This document shows, one piece after another, positions 57,091 through 64,000 of a stretch of DNA of 64,000 bases. Below the pieces are notes generated by a model that saw nothing but the letters and a program-made list of their open reading frames with translations, was not told where the DNA came from and made no database searches. A program made the translations under genes and the position numbers. Numbering within the stretch: position 1 is the first letter of the stretch; every line of letters starts with the position of its first letter. This DNA comes from Candidatus Falkowbacteria bacterium GW2011_GWF2_43_32 (GTDB lineage Bacteria; Patescibacteriota; Patescibacteriia; Patescibacteriales; UBA12465): positions 387,139 through 451,138 of the forward strand of contig LCGL01000001.1 of NCBI GenBank assembly GCA_000999715.1. The letters are read 5' to 3'.

Positions 57091-58320
57091 ATGACTAAAG
57101 TTATTACGGATAAAAAAAGGGTGGCGGAACTTTTGACGCGAGGCGTGGAAAGAATTTATCCGAATCGCGAAGCTTTGGAGAAAAAGCTGTTAAGCGGCGA
57201 AAAAATCCGTTTGTATTGCGGTTACGATCCGACGGCGGCGGCTTTGCACATCGGCAACGCCATTTCTATCAATAAATTAGGGCAATTTCAGGCGCTCGGT
57301 CACGAAGTCATTTTTCTAATCGGCGATTTTACGGGCCTGATCGGCGATCCGACCGATAAAAAAGCGGCTCGTCGAAAAATGACGCGCGAAGAAGTTTTGG
57401 CGAACGCCCGCGACTATCAGAAACAGGCCTCGGCTTATTTGAAATTTGACGGCGATAATCCGGCGAAAATAATGTACAATAGCGCTTGGAACGGCAAGCT
57501 TAACTTCGCAGACGTGGTTGAATTGGCTGCCAATTTTACGGTTCAGCAGATGATTCAGCGCGATATGTTCCAGGAACGGATAAAAGAAGAAAAACCGATT
57601 TATCTTCACGAGTTTTTATATCCGCTGACGCAAGGTTACGATAGCGTGGCCATGGAGGTCGATTTGGAAATCGGCGGCAATGATCAGATGTTCAATATGT
57701 TGTGCGGACGGGATTTGTTGCGGGCGGTCAAGAAAAAAGAAAAATTTGTGATGACTTTGAAACTGTTGGCCGACGAGAACGGTCATAAAATGGGCAAGAG
57801 TGAAGGTAACGCGGTATTTCTGGACGAAAAACCGCATGATATGTACGGACAAATCATGTCTTGGCCGGATGGGGTGATTATTCCCGCCTTTGAATTGTGC
57901 ACGAATGTCGCGACGGCAGACCTGGTGACGATGGCGGCGGAGTTGAAAAAGGAAAAAGTTAATCCGCGAGATTTAAAAATGAAATTGGCTCGGGAAATTA
58001 CGACCATGAATCACGGATCGCTGGCGGCGGACGAAGCGCAGGCAAATTTCGTCAAGACGGTTCAAAAGAAAGAGATGCCGACAGAGATGCCGACTTGGAA
58101 AGCGAAAAAGGACGAGTATGATATTGGAGAATTAGTGGTGGTTAGTGGTCTGGCTTTTAGTAATAGCGAGGCGCGGCGATTAATAGAACAAAAAGCGATA
58201 AAAATAATGGGGAAAGCTCAGGAATTAAAGGTTGTCGATGATTTTAAAATGAAAGCAAATATTAAGAATGTATCTTTTATACAGCGCGGGAAATTGCAGT
58301 TTAGAAAAATTATTTGGTAG
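57091..58320 (+). CDS. tyrS: Tyrosine--tRNA ligase
   Basis: YCGYDPT...LHIGN, IGDPT, GGNDQ, KMGKS, C-terminal S4 domain. Confidence 0.96.
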   Translation: MTKVITDKKRVAELLTRGVERIYPNREALEKKLLSGEKIRLYCGYDPTAAALHIGNAISINKLGQFQALGHEVIFLIGDFTGLIGDPTDKKAARRKMTREEVLANARDYQKQASAYLKFDGDNPAKIMYNSAWNGKLNFADVVELAANFTVQQMIQRDMFQERIKEEKPIYLHEFLYPLTQGYDSVAMEVDLEIGGNDQMFNMLCGRDLLRAVKKKEKFVMTLKLLADENGHKMGKSEGNAVFLDEKPHDMYGQIMSWPDGVIIPAFELCTNVATADLVTMAAELKKEKVNPRDLKMKLAREITTMNHGSLAADEAQANFVKTVQKKEMPTEMPTWKAKKDEYDIGELVVVSGLAFSNSEARRLIEQKAIKIMGKAQELKVVDDFKMKANIKNVSFIQRGKLQFRKIIW

Positions 58321-58336
58321 GATTATTAACTAAAGT

Positions 58337-60046
58337 ATGTTTTTAGAAGAGTTAAAATTAAAAATAAAAGCGTCTTTGGAAATTATCCGGCCGTTTTCCG
58401 GCGAGCTGGTTTTTTCTTATCCGCCTAATTCGGAGTTGGGCGACTTGAGTCTGGCTTGTTTTGAATTGGCCAAAACGCAACAAAAAAATCCGGCCGAGTT
58501 GGCCCGCGAGTTGGCGGAAAAATTAACAGTCGATCAAGGATTGAAAAAATATTTTACCGATATCAAGGCTGTCGGACCGTATTTGAATTTTTTTATTGCG
58601 GTGGCATATCTGGCGGCCGGCACGATCGGCGACATAAAAACCGCCGGCGCCCGATACGGAGACAATAAAAAGGGCGGCGCCAAGAAAGTGATGATTGAGT
58701 ATTCCAACGGCAATACGCATAAGGAGCATCATATCGGACATTTACGCAATATTTCTTATGGCGACGCGATTTATCGTTTATTGGCGGCTAACGGTTATCG
58801 GGCGATTCCGGTTTCTTATATCAATGATTTCGGCATTCATGTGGCAAAAACCATTTGGAATTGGCAACGCCGCTCCAGCTATGCCGAGAGACCGGAGCCG
58901 AAAGGTTATCTCTTGGGTAAATGTTATGCCGAAGCCAGTCGGGAGTTGGCCGAACATCCGGAGTATAAAGAAGAAGTGGGCCGGATTATGACGGAGATAG
59001 AAAGTCGTTATGGCGCCAATTATAAATTATGGCGGCAGTCGCGACAGTGGAGCATTGATTATTTTTTTTCCATTTATCAAGAATTAAACGTCAGTTTTCG
59101 GAAAATTTTTTATGAAAGCGAATTGTTGGACGCCGGTTTGAAATTGGTGGCCGAATTGACGACCCAAGGGATTTTGCGGAAGAGCGAAGGCGCTTTGATT
59201 GCCGATTTGGAAAAATACGGACTCGGCATTTTGCCGATTATTCGTTCCGACGGCACGGCGCTGTATCCGGTGGCCGATTTGGCGCTCGCTTCGGAAAAAT
59301 TCAAGAAATACGGATTGGACGAATCCATTTATATTGTCGATGTGAGACAGAGCTTGTATTTCAAACAACTATTCAAAATTTTGGACTTGATGGGCTATCG
59401 GAAATCTTTGCGTCACCTGACTTACGATTTTGTCACTTTGCCGGAAGGCATGATGGCCTCGCGCACCGGCAACGTTATCACTTATCGGGAATTGAAAGCC
59501 AAGCTGTTGGAAAAGTTAATGACGGAAATAACACAACGACATCCGGATTGGTCCGTCGATCGCGTGACTGACGTGGCTTTGAATCTGGCGATCTCTACCA
59601 TGAAATTTGAAATGTTGAAAGTCGGTGCGGAGAAAATAATCACGTTCAATGTCGAGGAAGCTTTAAAATTTGACGGCTACACCGCTTGTTATCTACAATA
59701 CGGATATGTGCGTTTGCAAAGCATCGTTCGGAAAGCGGGGTTTAGTTTATTTGTCGGTCGACCGGATTTGAGCAAGCTGACCGACGGCAAAGAAAAAGCA
59801 TTACTGATGAAAATTGCCCGCTATCCGGAAGTTATCGCTCAGGCCGGCGCCGGATATAATCCGAGCGAATTGACCAAATATTTATTTGAATTAGTTCAGC
59901 TGTTTAGCGATTATTATCATGAGGTTAATATTTTGAAAGCGGCGACGGCGGTACGTCGCGCCCGTTTGACACTAGTCAAGGCAATCGCCCAGGTGTTGAA
60001 AAACGGTTTCGGAATTTTGGGCATCAAAGAATCGGCGGGAATGTAA
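58337..60046 (+). CDS. argS: Arginine--tRNA ligase
   Basis: IEYS..N....HIGHLRN, MASRTG, YLQY.YVR, F..YY. Confidence 0.95.
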   Translation: MFLEELKLKIKASLEIIRPFSGELVFSYPPNSELGDLSLACFELAKTQQKNPAELARELAEKLTVDQGLKKYFTDIKAVGPYLNFFIAVAYLAAGTIGDIKTAGARYGDNKKGGAKKVMIEYSNGNTHKEHHIGHLRNISYGDAIYRLLAANGYRAIPVSYINDFGIHVAKTIWNWQRRSSYAERPEPKGYLLGKCYAEASRELAEHPEYKEEVGRIMTEIESRYGANYKLWRQSRQWSIDYFFSIYQELNVSFRKIFYESELLDAGLKLVAELTTQGILRKSEGALIADLEKYGLGILPIIRSDGTALYPVADLALASEKFKKYGLDESIYIVDVRQSLYFKQLFKILDLMGYRKSLRHLTYDFVTLPEGMMASRTGNVITYRELKAKLLEKLMTEITQRHPDWSVDRVTDVALNLAISTMKFEMLKVGAEKIITFNVEEALKFDGYTACYLQYGYVRLQSIVRKAGFSLFVGRPDLSKLTDGKEKALLMKIARYPEVIAQAGAGYNPSELTKYLFELVQLFSDYYHEVNILKAATAVRRARLTLVKAIAQVLKNGFGILGIKESAGM

Positions 60047-60071
60047 AGGCAATAAATTTTTTATCAAATAT

Positions 60072-61460
60072 ATGTCACATAAAGAATCGGAGAACCTGTT
60101 GGACAAAATCGTTTCGCTGTGCAAGCGGCGCGGCTTTGTTTTTCCGTCTTCGGAAATTTACGACGGCTTTACCGCCGTTTATGATTTCGGTCCTTACGGC
60201 GTGGAATTGGCGAACAATATCAAACAAGCTTGGTGGAAGACGATGACTCAATATCGCGACGATATCGTGGGATTGGATGCGGCGATTTTTATGAGTCCGA
60301 AAATCTGGGAAGCCTCGGGACACGTTAAGGGGTTTTCCGATCCTTTGACGGAGTGCAAAAAATGTCATACGCGCTTGCGCTTGGACGCTTTGTTGGAAGA
60401 AGCGGGAATTTTTGCCGATGAAAAAATGAGCGAAGAGGAAATCAATCAAATTTTTAACAAGAACATCAAAAAAATAAAATGTCCGACTTGCGGTGCGGCC
60501 GATTTCACGCCCGGCAAGAAATTTAATTTGCTCGTACAGTCTAATTTGGGCAATTTTACCAATGATTGGACAAAGGCGCCGACATATTTGCGCGGCGAAA
60601 CTTGTCAGGGCATCTATGTTAATTTTAAAAACGTCATGGACACGGCGCGCGTAAAAATTCCTTTCGGTGTCGCGCAGATCGGTAAAGCCTTTCGCAACGA
60701 AATTACGGCCCGACAATTTATTTTTCGGACGCGAGAATTTGAGCAGATGGAAATGCAGTATTTCGTTAAGCCGGGAGACGATCAGAAGTATTACGAGGAA
60801 TGGAAGGCGACGCGTTGGAAATTTTATCTTGATTTGGGTTTGAGCGAAAAAAATTTAAAATGGCATAAGCATGAAAATCTGGTTTTTTACGCGAAAGAAG
60901 CGTATGATATAGAATATAATTTTCCTTTCGGCTTTAAGGAATTGGAAGGAGTCCACGCCCGCGGCGATTATGATCTTGTTCAGCACGGCAAATCTTCCGG
61001 ACAGGAGTTGAGTTATTTGGACCCGGCGACCAATGAAAGATACGTGCCGCACGTCATAGAGACTTCCGCCGGTGTCGGTCGGACTTTGTTGGCGGTTTTG
61101 ACGGAAGCTTATCGGGAGGAAGAATTGGCCGGAGAAACAAGAATTGTTTTAAAATTAGCCCCGAAATTGGCACCGATTAAGATTGCGGTTTTTCCCTTAT
61201 TGAAGAACAAGCCGGAGCTGGTGAAGAAAGCGCGAGCTATTTATGATGTTTTAAAATTGAATTGGCGCTGTGAGTTTGACGACAACGGAAATATCGGCAA
61301 GCGCTATCGCCGTCAGGATGAAATCGGTACGCCGTATTGTTTGACGATTGATTTTGATTCTTTGGAGGACGGCGCGGCGACCGTCAGAGATCGCGACACT
61401 ATGAAACAGGAAAGAGTTGATATAGCGGAACTGGAAAATTTTTTTCGGAAAAAGATTTAG
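60072..61460 (+). CDS. glyQS: Glycine--tRNA ligase (single-subunit type)
   Basis: KRRGFVFPSSEIY, LRGETCQG, FRTREFEQME, IGKRYRRQDEIGTP. Confidence 0.96.
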   Translation: MSHKESENLLDKIVSLCKRRGFVFPSSEIYDGFTAVYDFGPYGVELANNIKQAWWKTMTQYRDDIVGLDAAIFMSPKIWEASGHVKGFSDPLTECKKCHTRLRLDALLEEAGIFADEKMSEEEINQIFNKNIKKIKCPTCGAADFTPGKKFNLLVQSNLGNFTNDWTKAPTYLRGETCQGIYVNFKNVMDTARVKIPFGVAQIGKAFRNEITARQFIFRTREFEQMEMQYFVKPGDDQKYYEEWKATRWKFYLDLGLSEKNLKWHKHENLVFYAKEAYDIEYNFPFGFKELEGVHARGDYDLVQHGKSSGQELSYLDPATNERYVPHVIETSAGVGRTLLAVLTEAYREEELAGETRIVLKLAPKLAPIKIAVFPLLKNKPELVKKARAIYDVLKLNWRCEFDDNGNIGKRYRRQDEIGTPYCLTIDFDSLEDGAATVRDRDTMKQERVDIAELENFFRKKI

Positions 61461-61477
61461 TGATTGATCGGTAAAAT

Positions 61478-61519
61478 AAAAATCCTTCGCTCTCGGAATC
61501 GAGCGAAGGATTTTTTTTT
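61478..61519 (+). terminator. Intrinsic terminator after glyQS
   Basis: aaaatccttcgctc...gagcgaaggattttttttt. Confidence 0.85.
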
Positions 61520-61661
61520 AAACGGCGCCATCGGAAAAAATCGCGAAAAACTATTGCTACTTATTTTAGTTAGTTGTATAATATAAGCAGAAGATTAATT
61601 TTTTATTTTTCTTCAAAAAAAATTTTAAAAACATTAAATTTTTAGAAAGGAGGTGACTATT

Positions 61662-61790
61662 ATGAAAAAGAAAGCCAAAAAAAAGGTGGTAAAAAAAGTG
61701 GCTAAGAAAAAGGTAGCCAAGAAAAAGGTGGCTAAGAAACCGGCTAAGAAAAAGGTAGCCAAGAAAAAGACCGCCAAAAGAAAGAAATAA
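61662..61790 (+). CDS. 42-aa Lys/Ala/Val-rich histone H1-like protein (absent from the ORF track)
   Basis: AGGAGGTG SD, ttgcta-17-tataat promoter (61554-61582), MKKKAKKKVVKKVAKKKVAKKK..., downstream hairpin. Confidence 0.8.
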   Translation: MKKKAKKKVVKKVAKKKVAKKKVAKKPAKKKVAKKKTAKRKK

Positions 61791-61944
61791 TTTTTAAAAT
61801 TTATTATTTAAATTAATAAGTTTTATTAATTTGAAAATTATACAGAAGCCGTCCCCGTTCTCATTATACGAGGGGGCGGTTTTTGTATAAAAAAACCGCT
61901 TGATTGCTCAAGCGGCCGGTTGGTTCGATTTTTTTTGTCGGTTT

Positions 61945-62535
61945 TTAATGACGGGGTGAAGACGGTGCGGAAATTTTTTCCACGCTGATAAATTTTGTCG
62001 TTCCCGGGATTACCACTAATTTTCTGCGGCCGTCGGAAATTATTTTTTCTCCGTTCCGGGCGCGCGCGGTGCTGTCGGCTCCTATTTTAACGACGTGTTG
62101 CGGTACGGCGTCGGGAGATTTGACCAAAAAAATATCAATAGTAATTGTTTCTTTTCCGGTCAATAAATGTTTCTTCAACTTAATGGCTAATGAGCTTAAG
62201 ATGGTTTTTCCCAATGACTCTTCAGAAACATAAAAATTTCTGGTAACCATTCGGCCTTGATAAAAATCACCGCGGCGGTAATGTTTAGGAATCTTGAGGA
62301 TTGTTAACCCGTCGATGCCTTCATTTTCCGGAACATAAAATTTATTGGCCGGTACCAGCTTTAAGAATTTGTCCGTTTCTTTAGGCACCTTCATTAAAAC
62401 ATTAATGACCGTCAAAAGACGTGTTACCGTAGATTGTCCGCAAATCAAGTCTTTTTCCTTGGCCAGTTCTGTGCCGATAGCGATTCGGTCGGCAATCGCT
62501 TGCCGGGTTGTTTCTGTACATTGTTGTTCTTTCAT
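61945..62535 (-). CDS. Hypothetical protein
   Basis: 196 aa with ggagg SD. Confidence 0.65.
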   Translation of the reverse strand: MKEQQCTETTRQAIADRIAIGTELAKEKDLICGQSTVTRLLTVINVLMKVPKETDKFLKLVPANKFYVPENEGIDGLTILKIPKHYRRGDFYQGRMVTRNFYVSEESLGKTILSSLAIKLKKHLLTGKETITIDIFLVKSPDAVPQHVVKIGADSTARARNGEKIISDGRRKLVVIPGTTKFISVEKISAPSSPRH

Positions 62536-62697
62536 TTCTGAGCTCCTCCAGGGCTTTTAAAAGTTAGATTATTTGATTGTTAACGAATGAATTATTATAT
62601 CACCTTTTATTAATTATGTCAATAGTATGACGGGACGAAAGAGGGACGGTTCTCTGACTTTATTTTTTCTTCATTTCTATTATTGTATAGTGGGGAA

Positions 62698-63588
62698 ATG
62701 ACTGACGGAAAAGCCTTAATGGTCGAAAAAGAACCAAGACAGAAAATCAGACGACGGCGGCGCAAATGGCGGCCGGTTTTTTTGACGGTTGTCGCGATAT
62801 TACTGTTTTTTATTGCCAAGTCGGCGTTTAATGTCGTTCGATTATCGACGCATGGACCGGAAGTTCATTTTTTTGACATCGGACAAGGGGATGCGGCCCT
62901 AATCAAAGCTCCCGACGGACAGACCGTTTTATTGGATGGCGGCCCGGATAATTCTGTTCTTCGTCGTTTGGGAGATAGTTTGCCGTTTTATCGTCGCCGG
63001 CTTGATTTTGTCATTTTCAGTCATTATCACGACGACCACATCACCGGCTTGGTTGAGGTTTTGCAAAGATATCGGGTAGGAAAATTGATTTTTGCGCCTC
63101 CGGAAAGAGAGTCGCCGATTTTGGAAGCTCTTTGGGAGACCGCGGCGGAACGTCGAGTGGAGATGTTGCCGGTAGAGAATATGATCCGTCTTAGTTTTAC
63201 TCCGGATTGCACTTTAGATTTGTTGAATCCGAATTCTCTGGGCATCACGGCAGACGATAATAATTCTTTGTATGCGAGATTTGTTTGCGATAAGCAAAGC
63301 GTTCTGTTTACCGGCGACAATAGCGCCAAGGCGGAAAAAGCTTTATTGGTTTCCGGCTGGCCGCTGTCAGCCGAGGTGTTGAAGGCTTCGCATCACGGAT
63401 CCAAAACCGCTAACAGTGAAGAATTTTTACGAGCCGTCAATCCGAATTTATTGGTTATTTCCGTGGGAGAGGATAATCGGTTTGGACATCCTCATCCCTT
63501 GATTTTGGAGCGAGCCGTCGATTTGGGAATTAGCGTTAAACGCACCGACGAACTCGGCAGCCTTAAAATTTTCAATCGGTCGGAATAA
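62698..63588 (+). CDS. ComEC/Rec2-like metallo-beta-lactamase domain protein
   Basis: FFDIGQGDA, SHYHDDH, LFTGD, HHGSK, SVG.DNRFGHP; start uncertain. Confidence 0.87.
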   Translation: MTDGKALMVEKEPRQKIRRRRRKWRPVFLTVVAILLFFIAKSAFNVVRLSTHGPEVHFFDIGQGDAALIKAPDGQTVLLDGGPDNSVLRRLGDSLPFYRRRLDFVIFSHYHDDHITGLVEVLQRYRVGKLIFAPPERESPILEALWETAAERRVEMLPVENMIRLSFTPDCTLDLLNPNSLGITADDNNSLYARFVCDKQSVLFTGDNSAKAEKALLVSGWPLSAEVLKASHHGSKTANSEEFLRAVNPNLLVISVGEDNRFGHPHPLILERAVDLGISVKRTDELGSLKIFNRSE

Positions 63589-63713
63589 GGAAAAAGTTGA
63601 TAAAAAACAGAGTATTTTCATTATTTTTAGGCGTTTTTTCAAGTTGACCAAGCGAGACGGATTTGTTATAATAGTTTTAAGGTTTCTAAGCCTTTTTTAT
63701 TGTTTAAGAATAT

Positions 63714-64000
63714 ATGATTATTACCTGGCAAGGACATTCCTGCTTTAAAATTCAAGATAAAATCGGACCGGATGGCGTGACGGTCACGACCGATCCCTTT
63801 GATAAAGATTTGGCCACTAAGGCCAATTTGAAAGTTCCGAATTTTGAATCGGACATCGTCACGGTTTCTCATCAACATCATGATCATAACAACGCGGGCG
63901 CTTTGCGCGGCGTGCCCTTTGTGATTGATTGCGCCGGCGAATATGATTTTAAAGGCGTTTTGATTGAAGGGATCGATTCTTATCATGATGAAAAGAACGG
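63714..64000 (+). CDS. MBL-fold metallo-hydrolase, N-terminal part (runs off the window)
   Basis: MIITWQGHSCFKI, TDPF, TVSHQHHDHN. Confidence 0.82.
   Translation, partial: MIITWQGHSCFKIQDKIGPDGVTVTTDPFDKDLATKANLKVPNFESDIVTVSHQHHDHNNAGALRGVPFVIDCAGEYDFKGVLIEGIDSYHDEKN

Noticed and set aside
60075..60716. Long antisense ORFs (also 216-743, 2014-2538, 8184-8759, 63666-63986)
   Set aside because: Shadow frames of well-supported genes on the opposite strand

Overview
A 64-kb chromosomal segment that I infer comes from a Patescibacteria (CPR, Parcubacteria/ABY1-like) genome. The inference rests on tandem VirB2/TrbC-like pilins, a short SMC-family ATPase, a single-subunit GlyRS, an archaeal-type Cmk and translin. 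The genetic code is standard (11). The backbone carries ppsA, seven pilin-like genes, yraN, comM, smc, cmk, rplS, tsaE, lspA, a dksA-like gene, efp, rpsF-ssb-rpsR, ychF, tsaD, uvrA, a PilB with two ATPase domains, tyrS-argS-glyQS, a Lys-rich 42-aa ORF missing from the ORF track, a ComEC-like MBL gene, seven tRNAs and one degenerate tRNA copy. The main discovery is two integrase-free, integron-like gene-cassette arrays that extend from the 3' ends of tRNA-Ser(CGA) (about 23.0-29.9 kb) and tRNA-Glu(TTC) (about 39.0-44.2 kb). Cassettes are separated by repeated junctions made of a tRNA 3'-end remnant, a conserved foreign arm that reads like a recombinase C-terminal tail, a terminator and often a portable promoter. 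Both tRNAs are followed by a related ~200-bp structured non-coding element that joins a duplicated tRNA 3' end at the same T-loop position. Other observations include a HD+Fic islet between two tRNA-Arg copies and a stand-alone ~330-nt candidate ncRNA. All protein calls come from motif recognition by eye; no database searches were run.
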